64,000 nucleotides of DNA. Source: Fimicolochytrium jonesii (lineage: Eukaryota). The stretch spans positions 620,001-684,000 of the forward strand of contig NW_026515676.1 in NCBI RefSeq assembly GCF_025526975.1, read 5' to 3'. A program made the position numbers and the translations under genes. A model generated the notes under the pieces. It was not told the DNA's origin and ran no database searches. It saw only the letters and a list, made by a program, of their open reading frames with translations. This document shows, one piece after another, positions 50,684 through 63,244 of this stretch. How positions within the stretch are numbered: the stretch's first letter is position 1; each line of letters begins with the position of its first letter.

Positions 50684-51048
50684 AAGATTTCGCATCAGCA
50701 TCCCAAAGCTCATTATTGATGGTCATTATCCCGAAGGGGCCCATGAACGTCCTATCACTTAGAGAAGCCACGTACAAGGCATGTCAAGCTCTTCCCATCC
50801 AGATTTGCCTGAAGCCTTGGTTGGGGGAACAGCGGGAGAGATGAACGTTGTAGATGCACGTCTGATACGGAGTTTCTTCCAAAAAGTATGCTTAGGAAGC
50901 GAGAGTTGTTTATAGTACGAGGATGATGGGAGGGGGAGATGAAAGCGACAGTAAGGGACAATGTCAACTCGGCTGCATGTCTGCCTACTCGATAGGCAGC
51001 CGAAGGTACACGATAAATTAGCAAGAAAGCTGTCATGCAGGGTACGCC

Positions 51049-53586
51049 CTACCCCGGCCCGTCCTCATTCATAGGACTAGCGACCATGCCCTCAAACGTA
51101 GCATTCACGCTACCGTCCCCACTCTCCCTGCCCTCACCGGCCTCGCCTGCCGCATCCCCAAATGGAGTCCTTACAGCGTCCAAATTAGCTCTCGTTTTGA
51201 TTCTGGGCGCGGCGCAAAATGCTTTGCCGGGTTTGAAGGGCTGGCTGGCGAAGCGGGCGACGGGACGGCGGTGATGTACGCCTGCTCCGGTGGGATCGTC
51301 GTTCGTCGTTGATGTTGTCGTTGGTGATGACGATAGATCATTGCCACGGTGCTGTGATCCTGGGGAGAAGGTTCTGGAGTTTGGTGACGCCGACTGTCCA
51401 ATGGCCCCGTAATTTGAGTCTGTGAGGATGGACTGCGGTGGCGGTGTGTCATCACCGTCGCTATCGTGGTGTTTGCGATGGTGATGGTGGAAATCTTCAT
51501 CCTGGTGGGCCTCAGGCATCTGGAGCAACGACCCGTGTTTGACATCCACGACCCACAACACAGCTGACGCTGCGGCACCACCCAGGGCGAGGGCAACGAA
51601 GAACATTTCGACGGGGACGAAGCTCCCGCCCCACACACGAATTTGTGCCGAAATGAGGGGCATGACGGTCAGTGCGGTGTTGAGGGCGCTGGTGGAGAGG
51701 CCGTAGGCGGTGCCGAGCAGCTTTGGGGGTGGATCGTTCGGATTTTCATGATGGAGGGTGTCCTCACGGTGTTGAATGACCGTCGCGATGGAGGGCCAGA
51801 TGGCAACGCCGTACATGGAGTAGCTGAGGCCAAGGAACACCAGCGGGTAGACTGGATACAGTTGGGTCAAGCCAAGGGTGGCGTGAACGGCGGCAATGAC
51901 GAGAGCGCAAACTACTAGGAGCGAGGCGCGGCCGCCATACCGATCGACTAAGACACCGCAGATAGGGACTAGGACTGCGGACATGGTGTCCGGTATACTG
52001 TTTTACAGCGAGGAAGGGGCAAAGGATCGTCAGCACCGAGTATCGAAGTCAGTATCAGGACCATTTCTGACAGACGCACCTCATGACTGTGCCGGCGGTC
52101 TGTGTATCGCCCGGGAACCATTTCGACATCAAGAAATCCGAAGCGATATTGTTAAAGGGTACCACCGTCCCATACAACAGCACACATATCAAGCAGACGA
52201 GCCAGAAAGTCCAGGGAAACATTGCAATCTCCGCCAATCCCTCAAGCCAAGCAGGAGCTTCCTTGGACGTTGTCGTTGGAGAATCGCAGTTTAAGGATTT
52301 TGGAAGCAAGGGCGTTGTAGCGGAATCCTGGATGCTGCCTCTCCGAGCCGACGAAGGAGGGATGTCTTCCTTTGAGGAAGTCCGGCTGCTGGTGCTCAAT
52401 CCGGGCGACCCAGGAGTGTCTGGAGCATGATGCGCCATTATATAGACCAGGATGATGGCGCAGCCAAAGGACAAGTAGCAGGTAAGCCCTCCGACCCAAA
52501 CCGCCCCCGATGAAGTCCAGATTTTCTCGATCCGAGGAGAAAGGTTGGCGTTGACGACGGAGCCAAATCGTGCAATACAGAGCGTGAGACCTAATGCAAA
52601 TGCTAATTCCTTGCCGCGGAACCAGGCCGTGGTGATGCTAGCTTGCACTACACCTATGCTCTCGCCCCCTATTCCGAAAAAGACGCGACCGGTCAACATG
52701 ATTGGGAAGCTCTTCGTCGACACCCCGATAGCAAAGAGGGTCTGTCCAAGACAAACGATTGTCGAAAAGACCAGAAGTATCTTTTTGATGTCGAATTTGT
52801 CAACCAGCTGGCCCCCAAGAAACGGCAGAAACATGTTTGGGAATGAATAGACCGAGTACAGCAGGTTCAATTCGTACTGCCATGTGTCGTAATCGTGCCC
52901 AAGGTACTTCTGTAATGGCCAATTCAGCGCGGCCGGATTGTCGTATGCTAAGGAATATGCGGGATGATTAGAGACAGGATCCGACTCGCAGCTTCCGCCC
53001 AATCCAACGATGCAGCCGTCCCCATACCATAGTAGTTTCCGAATAGCAGCATACAGGTGAGACCCAAAACCAGCCACCGCAGATTTGATGCAACATGCTC
53101 TTCTTCATCGCCCTCTTCTGTGATGGCCAGCTTCAAGGCTTCGGGCGGCCTAATCAAGATTGGGGCACCTCCGAAACTGCTCATCCGCCGTAAGCTCGCG
53201 TGGCGGCTGATGCGTCGGCGTAGCGCAGTGGCCAGATCCAAATCGATGCTGGTCTCTGCTCTCTGGAATGGTGGAAAAGAGTCATATGGGGAGGATGGGG
53301 AGCCGAAATGCTCAGTCTGTGCGCGTCGGAAGGGAGCAGGTGCGTGAGGGCTGTTTTGGGCGCTGCTGCTGCTCCCGCCGGCAAAGCCATCCCAGTCCCG
53401 AGTGAACGTAGAAGGCAAGAGAGTGACCGCATGGTGAGCAGAGCCATGGCGAGGAGCGACTTTGAATTTGCTACGACCGATGACCTGGTTGCGCCCGTTG
53501 GGTGATGTAGCGGAAAGGATGGAGCCGCCGCGCCCTGGACTGGCAGCCGCGTCACCGTCACCGTCCTCCGTTCCATCTTCTCGCAT
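51049..53586 (-). CDS. MFS transporter, MFSD1-like; exons 53586-53028, 52947-52080, 51997-51049 (start uncertain)
   Basis: Splicing gives GNYYAYDNPAALN; LLYSVYSFPN, GGQLVDKF, GRVFFGIGGES, WFRGKELAFALG and GVLVDRYG motifs; many hydrophobic helices. Confidence 0.88.
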
Positions 53587-54074
53587 CTTTGCACTTCCTC
53601 GTCGTCGTGGCAACACGCCCAGGAACGAGTAGTCGACCTGTTCCTGAAAAAGGGAACTTCGGCCGTGTTACAAGCCTTGACTTCCTAGCTGGATGCGTGG
53701 GAACAACGCCGTTCTAGAAAACAGCCAGAGTCGTTGGAAGAAGGGAAAGAGCGACGCGTTGGTTGGAAGAAGTCACGTCAGACAACGGGGGTTAGGGTTG
53801 CGGAGGATTCATATCAAGCCACGTGACTGGAATAGAACCCGCGAATCAGGATGACGCATCGGAATCACCCTCTCTCATCTCTTTCTCATAAGTAATGGGA
53901 CGCGTGCGTTCGCTCAGCCACAGTCCCTTCTCTCATCAACCCCCCCCCACCCTTCGCAAGCAGTCGTCGAAAAGGTCCTCTGCCCCTCGGCTCTCACGAT
54001 AACAAACTAGTCAACGCAAGAACCCCCGTTTCTCTCCGCTTTCCCACATATAGATAAAGCAGAGTTATTACATT

Positions 54075-56312
54075 ATGACGAAACCCGCAAAGGACAAGCT
54101 GATCATATTCGATACCACCCTCAGGGACGGTGAGCAGGTGGGTAGAAAGACTGTGCTTTGGAGGAGAGAGTGGGAGGGAGGATTGGGAGGGAGGAGGAAC
54201 GTGGACAGGGAGAGCTTCCTGCAAACTCTCGGCTGGATGGTGAAGCCCTTCAGCAACCCAATTCTGACATTTTTATGTTTCCCTCGAAACAGTCACCCGG
54301 TGTCACCCTTACAGGTTCAGAAAAGGTCGAGATCGCAAGGCAGCTCTCGCGTCTTGGTGTCGATGTTTGTGAAGCAGGATTCCCTATCGCCTCGCAAGGC
54401 GATTTCGAAGCCGTTGAGAGAATCGCAAAGGAGGTTGGACCTCTGAATCTTGGGAGAGCAAGTGGGAAGCCTATGGTAAGGACTTGGAATAGGGAAGAAG
54501 CAAGGAAGCGGGCGGGATCTGTGTGAATTGGAGCGGAATGGCGGCGTGGGAGGAACGAGAGCACACAGCGGGCCGAACCCGGTCGAGCGAGCTGGATGCG
54601 TCACTGCCAGCGACGCTAGATCGACGAGCATTCTTGTTGTCTTCGCATTTCGAGACTTCCCGTACTAATTGGACGCATTTCCTCATTGCCCATAGGTAAT
54701 TTGCGGCTTAGCACGAGCAGTGCCGGCAGATATTCAACGAGCGTACGATGCCATCCATCACGCCCCGCATCACCGCATCCACACTTTCCTCGCCACATCC
54801 GACATCCATCTTGAGCACAAGCTGCGGATAACGCGCGATGAATGCGTCGCGCGAGCAGTGGCTGCCGTGAAATTTGCCAAATCCCTCGGATGCAACGATA
54901 TCGAGTTCTCGCCTGAAGATGCTGGTCGGTCCGACGTTGACTTCCTGTGCAGAGTATTGGGCGAGGTCATCAAGGCGGGGGCAACAACGCTCAACATCCC
55001 CGATACAGTTGGGTACAACACCCCCGAGGAGTATGGATCCATGATCAAACACCTCGTGCGGAATGTTCCTGGCGGCGATAATGTGACGTGGTCCACGCAT
55101 TGCCATAACGACTTGGGTCTCGCTACTGCCAACACGTTGGCCGGCATCGTGAACGGGGCAAGGCAGGTGGAGGTGACCATCAACGGGATTGGCGAGCGGG
55201 CGGGCAACACGTCCTTGGAAGAGATCGTGATGGCCATCTACACTCACCCATCAACCTACCCCGTGCACACAACCATCGATACATATCAAATCTACCACAC
55301 TTCGCAGCTCGTTACGAAGAAAACGGGCATGCCGATTCAACCAAATAAGGCGATCGTAGGCGCCAACGCGTTCGCTCACGAGTCCGGGATCCACCAGGAC
55401 GGCGTGCTGAAACACAAACAGACCTACGAAATCATCGAACCCGCCGTTGTCGGTATCCCTTCCAATGTCCTTGTTCTGGGCAAGCATTCCGGTCGTAACG
55501 CCCTACGCTCGCGCTTGACCCAGCTCACAAAGGACACAGTGTACGAAGACGTGTTGAAGCGAAATGCTGCCGTGTTTGAGCGCCTGTTTGTCGCGTTCAA
55601 AAAGCTAGCGGACACGAAGAAGAAAGGCGTCACCGATACGGATCTGTATGCTCTCTTGGATGATCAGATGAACGCGTCCGACTCTGGTTTCGAGACTTTC
55701 GTCTTCAAAGCCTGCCAAGTCGTCTCCACATCTGGCGTCCTTGCCACAGCCACAATCACGCTCGTTGACAAGACGGTCAGCCCTCGAGCCACCTCCATCA
55801 CGTCATTGTCTGCGTCGGAGCCAGAAGACCAAAATGGGACGACCCCGACAGAGACAGACGCCAATCCCGGCGTAGAACGCTGTGACGCCGCCATCGGCCA
55901 CGGACCCGTTCATGCCATCTTCAACGCCATTAACCGCATCATCGAGCGCACCAATGTCTTGGCTTCCTACGAAGTGAAAGCCGTCACGGAAGGTTCCGAT
56001 GCCCTCGGTCGTGTCCTCGTCCGGATTCAGGAGGCCGCCCCTACCCCAACCTCCTCATCTTCCCCCACCGCCGACGCACCTCCGCCACGATTCCACGACC
56101 CCGTGGACTCCACCGCCAACCTGCCCTACGAGCAACAGGCGGAGACGTTCCAGGGCCAGGGTACCGATGAGGACATTCTCGTCGCGTCGGCGAAAGCGTA
56201 CGTCAATGCGGTGAATAAGATGGTCGATGCTCAGGCGAGGCGGGCCAAAAGTGGGACTAAGGATGTGAATGGAACCGACGGAGCGCCCGCCTCTAGGAAG
56301 GTGGATGTCTGA
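54075..56312 (+). CDS. leuA: 2-isopropylmalate synthase, ~620 aa; exons 54075-54137, 54293-54475, 54696-56312
   Basis: [61 protein letters not shown] and C-terminal regulatory domain ([16 protein letters not shown]); GT-AG introns in frame. Confidence 0.95.
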
Positions 56313-56710
56313 ACGCATTTTCACTTCGAAGTTGGCTTCAAGTTGTTCGTTGGGTACGTAGGTAGAACAGGGTGGGATGAATGATGGCAGTTCTGTTGTG
56401 TACATTTTTGCTTTCTACATCTTTTATTTCTATATTTGCACATTGATACACCACATAGCTATCCGTTTCCGTCCTCTGACGGGCGAAACTGAGGTACTGG
56501 CGTTCTCGGGGTTTTCCTGATATGGGTGTGGTTTTTAACCGTGGACGTATGCGAGCGCTGAGGTGGACGTGCCGTTGACTGAATGACACAGCGTCTGCCT
56601 GTCACGTTCATTTTCCGTCTTGTCCATCGAAACGTGAACACCGAGCAGAAAGCACCTGCCAGACTGCACACTCCGTAGGATCTTTCGAACCCGAGAGGAG
56701 CATACCAACA

Positions 56711-57721
56711 ATGGCGTGCTCCAAATTCGAGTATGTCAAGGTTTGGACTCTCTCCGTTTTGCCCCGAGCTCCTCGTCTCGTAGCTCGCTCGCTTCCTTCA
56801 CACTCCAATCCTGATATCCCTCTTTTCCCTCCTCCAGCACTTTGAGCAACACAGCACGCTCCTCCCCAATAGCCACCTGGTCGTGCGGGTAGACGGGCAC
56901 GGCTTCCACCGGTTCACCAGCGTGCACAACTTCACCAAACCCAATGATGCGCGCGGACTAGATTTAATGGCACGAGCCGCTCGTGCGTGCATGGATGCGT
57001 ATCCGGAGATCACGCTGGCGTATGGGCAAAGCGACGAGTTCAGCTTTGTGTTCAAGCGGGCTACGACACTGTACAAACGGCGTGAGGCGAAAATCGTGTC
57101 GACGGTTGCGTCTCTGTTTACCGCGGAGTATATGTTTCGGTGGAACGACTGTTTTCCGGATACGAAGATGGCGTATCCGCCGAGCTTTGACGCTAGGGCT
57201 GTGTGTTATCCGACGGATAAGAACTTGAGGGATTACTTTAGCTGGAGGCAGGCGGACTGCCATATCAACAACTTGGTGAGTGCAGGGCTAAGGAACGGAC
57301 GGAGAGATGTCCGCCTGGAGCGGAAAACGAAGGCTTGATCTCCCGACAACCGATCATGTAACCACACATACTAAATTGCTCGGCTTTACAGTACAATACA
57401 GCCTTCTGGGCCCTCGTCCAAGATGCCAAAAACCCGCGAACCGAACGAGAAGCCCAAGTCATCCTCAAAGACACCGACTCAGCCGCCAAAAACGAGCTTC
57501 TCTTCTCCTCTTACGGCATCAACTACAACGCCCTGCCCGACATGTTCAGGAAAGGATCCGTGCTTTACCGCAAGCCCAGCCTCGTCGCCGAAAAGTCGAA
57601 GGCGGACCCTTCGAAGGAGCCAACGCTACGCATGCGCAATTTGGTGTGTGTTGAGTATCGGGATATCATTGGGGATGCGTTTTGGAAGGAGAATCCGTCG
57701 GTCTTGCCTCCGCCGGAGTAG
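56711..57721 (+). CDS. THG1: tRNA(His) guanylyltransferase, 265 aa; exons 56711-56740, 56838-57275, 57392-57721
   Basis: MACSKFEYVK, VRVDGHGFHRF, KPND, AYGQSDEFSF, FDAR, DYFSWRQADCHINNL/YNT.FW and KNELLF motifs. Confidence 0.96.
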
Positions 57722-58487
57722 AGAGTGAGACGGGTGGAGCGCCGGTTGAAGTTAACTGCCGCTTGGAAAGGCTCGGTCTGCCCTCCGTGGAGGGGCAGGA
57801 ACCGTCTTGATAGCCCAGACCAATTTTACTGCGAACAAGAGTCGGGGCATGCATTCCCGCCCGAACAAGATGCATTCGTCGCAGAAGGCCTCCGCGGCCC
57901 CGCTTCGGCGCCGCCGTTTGAGTGTTGGCACCACATTGGACTTTGTCAGAAGGGCGCTTTCAATAATGAAGTGGCATCGGCACGCTTGATCTGATCCGCG
58001 TGCGGTGACGATCCAATTGGACGCCGAAGTCGAGTTCGGATTTGGATCCGGTTAGCAGGCGGCCTTCTGCTACCGTCAGCTCCGATGAATGCGATCATTC
58101 GGGTGGTCTAGATTTCGCGCCGTGCATGACTTTGCTTTACAGATAGAGATCGACTGAGATTCAAATGGGTACGATAGTCCCGCGATTGCATCTACGCCGT
58201 CACGTACGTTTTACTCCCATTCTTAGATAGTGCATTGGCTGGTATAATGGTCGGGTAAAAATAGAACTGCTTCCGATCAAGATGCTCTCAACCTATTACC
58301 CGGAGAACATCGCGCTATACTACTTGAGCGCCTGTGCTAGCACGAACTCACATACCAGAGCGAAGTGTGCTGATATGGGGGACTCAGGGTTGATGTCATC
58401 ATACTCCCTTACTGCCCCAGAAATTACACTCGCGTCTGTCGAGGGTTTCAAGATTAGCAGACAGCCGCAAATCTTCCAGCCTCTCCT

Positions 58488-60088
58488 CTACCTTTCCACC
58501 CCTTCTGCCCTGTGCCCGCCCCCATCCCCCACGCGAACCCAATCCGCGACCGCCGCATTTGGGTCCTTCACATACTCCGCCCTGACAATCTCCTGCCCAT
58601 TGATCTTGAGCGAACCGACGAGGGCGGCGCCGACCCAATTGAGCGTTGCGGGCGGGAAGGCGGGCGACGGGGTAATGGCGATGGCGAGCTTGCTGGCCCA
58701 GCGGTAATGTTTGGCGGTTTGAGTGAGGTGGTGTAATTCGGCGAGCAGGCGGGCGCGGAACCCGGGCGTGCTCGATGTGCCGCCGGTGAGGAGGGTGGTG
58801 CCGGCGAGAACGGGGCGGAGGTCGGGCGAGCACTATAATGTCAATGTGTGAGCAGGAGTTAGAGATTGGGTCAGCCGTGTAGGATATATATGTAAAACAA
58901 ATCCACCTTATGCAGTGCATCAAGTATGACAGTCGCAACGCTTCGCATGTCCTCATCTCCTTCCCACAGCACCTCCGCAGCCCGGGCGCGGACCCATCCA
59001 GGCACACGGAGTCGACGGCTCGCCCCGACAACAAACGTGACATCCGGTGTAGTCGACGCGTACACCGTGTATCTTACACCATCCCGCGGCGTTTGCGCTC
59101 CCTCACCACCCGTCTCCATTATCTCGTGCGCCGCCGGCCGGTCGTCGATAAAGCAGAGCTGCGCTTTCATCTCTTCCCATTCTTCCAGCGTCACGCGTTC
59201 GAGCACGCTGTGTAGGGTGTCGGTGGTGTCATCATCATCGTTGTCGCCGTCGATGAGCTGGGCGTGCTGCATGAGAAGTGCCTTGAGACGCAGGGTGAGT
59301 GCGCTGCCTGCGAGAGCAACGGCGTGCACGTCGTGCAGGAATGCTCGTCCCTCGAACACCTGTGTTGATGATGACATTCAGAAACCCTTTGCATTGAGGG
59401 ATCCAAAATGGAAGATCCCGTACTCCCAGGAAACAGTGTGAAGTTTTTCAAAAAATAATTAAGCACCGCTGCGTACCGGTACTACGGTCGTCTCCAGGTT
59501 CCCGCAATCTACGACCAGGCCAGTGATCTGGCCTACCGTCAGAAGCGCAACAACGGACGCCGGAACCACATTTATCGACGGCGTCTACTACATGATACAT
59601 CATAGGTCAGCGAAACAAAGTGTCATTCAGATCCCTACGTTCATCTCCACAGCGTTGATCAAGCAACACGCCCAACAACCCCATCTAAACCCGACTTCGG
59701 GTCGCCTCACCTGCATGACCTCAAAGAGTACTGCGACGATCATCTCCTTGATCACCGTCGGCATCAAAACACTCTCCACCAGAATAACCTTCCTCACACG
59801 GGCATCCGCCAGCAGATACATATTGTACATGTTCCTCAGCGTATAGATGATTCTACACCGCAGCGCGTGCATATCCGCGGAGGCGAGATCTAGACCCCAT
59901 AGGGGCTGCATCTCCCCTACGCCCGAGCAAGAGCCATCGTGGTGCGGGATGGCAATTGTGTGAGGTAGGATGAACCGGGGCCTTGACTCCCCTGTGAAGC
60001 CGCATTTGATATAGAGGGAGCCAATGTCGAGGATGATGCGGTCTTCGACGGGGTATATAGCGCGATGGCGAAGGAGATTACTCGACAT
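58488..60088 (-). CDS. ARP10: actin-related protein, Arp10/Arp11 (dynactin pointed-end) type, ~427 aa; exons 60088-59711, 59584-59477, 59359-58907, 58832-58488
   Basis: IILDIGSLYIKCGFTGESRPR, RKVILVES, GLVVDCGNLETTVVP/VFEG, CSPDLRPVL..LLTGGTS..PGF and WVGAAL motifs; all introns phase 0, GT-AG. Confidence 0.85.
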
Positions 60089-60534
60089 GGTGCTGCTGCC
60101 TTGTAAGATTCGTATCTCACTGAGGTAGCGAGGCCGTGCCGAAGTTCTGTGGGCCTTGACGTGATTGCAGCTCGGCTCGTATCTTCTCCAGTGCCCGGCA
60201 ACAGGCGGTGAAGGCAGAATGGAAGTCCTACTTTGGAATGGTTTCTCGAGTTTTTCGCGTCAATGCAGAGGGGATACTTACTGACTCGAAAGCCAATGCA
60301 CATAAATACTGCACATATACAGGTACCGTGAAACCACCCGAATACATAGCCCTTTAAGGGAGAAAACAGAGCGGAATAGCCCACTACATTTGCGCAAACA
60401 GCAGCGCATCCCAGCAATCTCCTTCTGGGACTCCTACAACTCCATGAATCCATTCTCTTTTATCGTCCGAAAAGTAAACACGGCCCTCTTCCTGCACGTC
60501 GGACCGTTCCCGCCAGAACATCACTCGCTTTCCA

Positions 60535-61509
60535 TCACAGTCCATCTGCGTGATACGCTTCGAGATTTGGATTTGCCGTGAACGGTTTGAGATGACCTTT
60601 TGCTTTCAAATGAGCACGTAATACATCACAGGCCAAGTCATGTGCGTTCCAGAAAGCTTTGATAGCAGCTACACCGACGGCTCCTTTGTACATCGCAGTG
60701 CTGATATCATCCAAGCCCACGCCGCCCAAAGCATACACGGGCGGTATCACTCGATCCACTGCCGCATCTTTCGCATCTCGCAGAATACGTTCGAATCCAT
60801 CCCAGCCCAGCGTAGCGGCGGCGTCGAGCGGCGGGCACGATGTTGATAGAGCAACAGGGGAGAGGACCACAAATGCAAATGTGAAAGCTGGCGGGTGGGT
60901 TGATGAGTTGGAGACGGGGGGCGGGGTGCACAGCAAGATGTCCTGGACAGAGTGACATGATGCGGCCATGATGTAGGACGGCAACAATGATTCCGGGTCC
61001 GCAGCGAGAGTGTCCTCCGCGCGGCCGAAACGATGGGCTTGCAACACCCCCAGAGCCGCGTCAATCTGCACGAGTTCCGCGCTCTTGCTCTCAATGGTTT
61101 GCCCTTCATGATTGCTCAATGGAGGTCCTGAGCATAGTGCCTTGAGTACTGCTCCTGAGATATGCACCCCGCCAAGTCCAAACTTATCACACGCGGCCAC
61201 GGCGGCCTCAACGTCTTCCAGATGTGTTACATTCAGTAGAATATGACGATACGCCTCCTGGTTTGGTACTTGCTGAGCGAGTTGCAGCAAGACCTCGTTG
61301 TAGATCACCCTAGCGTTTGCGTTCTTTGTGCGAAGCTGAATATACGTCTTTTTTGTAGCAGTGACGACAAATTGGAGCAATGCGGTGAGCCGGGCCAGAA
61401 AGTGGGCTGAAACTTGCAGTGTTGCCGAGGTTGGAGGGACGGGGTCTGGGGTGATCATATAATAAGGGCTTTGCGGTAAATCGGAAGGGAGAGCGTCTCG
61501 GGGGGCCAT
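60535..61509 (-). CDS. thiamine-phosphate synthase/TenI-like TIM-barrel protein, intronless, 324 aa
   Basis: YMIT, IQLRTK, GVHI, AASCHS, FVVLSPV..S, LGWDGF, PVYALGGV and GAVGVAAI..FW motifs. Confidence 0.75.
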   Translation of the reverse strand: MAPRDALPSDLPQSPYYMITPDPVPPTSATLQVSAHFLARLTALLQFVVTATKKTYIQLRTKNANARVIYNEVLLQLAQQVPNQEAYRHILLNVTHLEDVEAAVAACDKFGLGGVHISGAVLKALCSGPPLSNHEGQTIESKSAELVQIDAALGVLQAHRFGRAEDTLAADPESLLPSYIMAASCHSVQDILLCTPPPVSNSSTHPPAFTFAFVVLSPVALSTSCPPLDAAATLGWDGFERILRDAKDAAVDRVIPPVYALGGVGLDDISTAMYKGAVGVAAIKAFWNAHDLACDVLRAHLKAKGHLKPFTANPNLEAYHADGL

Positions 61510-62393
61510 CGTCTCCTGGTTGTTGCGCTCAGAGTGCGTAGTATTGTACAGCTTCGTTAGGGAAACTTCCGTTCGCCGATCTCGTCCGTGAAACCGTTTC
61601 ACGGTTGTATTGGACCTAAAATCGAATGCAACGAAGCTCGCGGAGGGACTTTGCTTCTGGAATGGAGGGCAAAACGTCGGGACGTTGCGGTGTTAGTTTA
61701 CCGCTTGCTGATGTTTGAAAGGGTGGCCAAGGGCCCAAGGGGATGGCGACTGGATGGCGACCAGGATCTAGGATCTGTTTAGGATGGCGACTAAAGTGGA
61801 ACAACGAGACGCGCGGTGGATTCTCTGCATGCATGCTGAGTGGTGCATAATCTGGTCCATAATGCACCTTCCCCCCTACATCGGTCTCCCGACCCGTTAT
61901 CCTACATACCCCCTTATGCCTTTTCTGCGAGTTCGAGTTCCATCAAACAATCCGCATGTAGCTCCAGTCTCCGAGAGCGCTGATGGGTTGGTGGTGCTGA
62001 CTCCGTTGTGTACCTATTCGAAACAAGTCCGAGAGGTCGGAGATGGGAAAGCGAGCCTTCGCTAGGTTGCATATCTGGCACAATGGGTCTGATGTTCGTG
62101 AATATGCAGTATGGTTGGTAAAGGACAACCCCAACATGTCGAAAGGACAACCTGATGCTCGTCCAGCAATACTTGCACTTTCTGCCGGCTGTTTTCGTGG
62201 AGCCATTTGAGCACCTCGAGTGCTTTAGTCTTGCATTCCATCACATAACTCTCGCGTCAACCGTATCGCATCCCGCGGCCAGGGGGCGGCCGAATAGTTG
62301 GAATGTTGGGCTTCGCATTTCACGACCAGGACGTCCATGAGCAGCAGTCGATGGATTTTTTTTTATATAGAGTCTTTTGGGCGCTCAAGGTGT

Positions 62394-63244
62394 CTCATTA
62401 GTTAGCCGATTGCAATTGGACAATCGTCTAACTTATTTGAAGAACAGCGAAAGCAAATGCACGTACCTTCATCGTTTCTGACAGCGCGCGCAATACAAAG
62501 AAGTATATTGAAAATTCGGTATTATACAACAAGCAAGCGTGCACGGGATTATAACAGAAAGATGTTTGTGGAAGAAGTATAAGTAAGTGCTAACCCCTCT
62601 GGATTCCCTCGGAAGAGGTATGTGGGCTTGGGACCACCGTCGGCTCATTAGTTAGCCGATTGCAATTGGACAATCGTCTAACTTATTTGAAGAACAGCGA
62701 AAGCAAATGCACGTACCTTCATCGTTTCTGACAGCGCGCGCAATACAAAGAAGTATATTGAAAATTCGGTATTATACAACAAGCAAGCGTGCACGGGATT
62801 ATAACAGAAAGATGTTTGTGGAAGAAGTATAAGTAAGTGCTAACCCCTCTGGATTCCCTCGGAAGAGGTATGTGGGCTTGGGACCACCGTCGGCTCATTA
62901 GTTAGCCGATTGCAATTGGACAATCGTCTAACTTATTTGAAGAACAGCGAAAGCAAATGCACGTACCTTCATCGTTTCTGACAGCGCGCGCAATACAAAG
63001 AAGTATATTGAAAATTCGGTATTATACAACAAGCAAGCGTGCACGGGATTATAACAGAAAGATGTTTGTGGAAGAAGTATAAGTAAGTGCTAACCCCTCT
63101 GGATTCCCTCGGAAGAGGTATGTGGGCTTGGGACCACCGTCGGCTCATTAGTTAGCCGATTGCAATTGGACAATCGTCTAACTTATTTGAAGAACAGCGA
63201 AAGCAAATGCACGTACCTTCATCGTTTCTGACAGCGCGCGCAAT
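62394..63244. repeat. perfect 250-bp tandem repeat, 3.4 copies
   Basis: Unit starts CTCATTAGTTAGCCGATTGC at 62394, 62644, 62894 and 63144; no differences seen by eye. Confidence 0.97.

Noticed and set aside
62394..63244. CRISPR array or rRNA/5S repeat
   Set aside because: Units are identical end to end with no unique spacers, there are no cas genes, the context is eukaryotic, and I see no recognisable rRNA motifs
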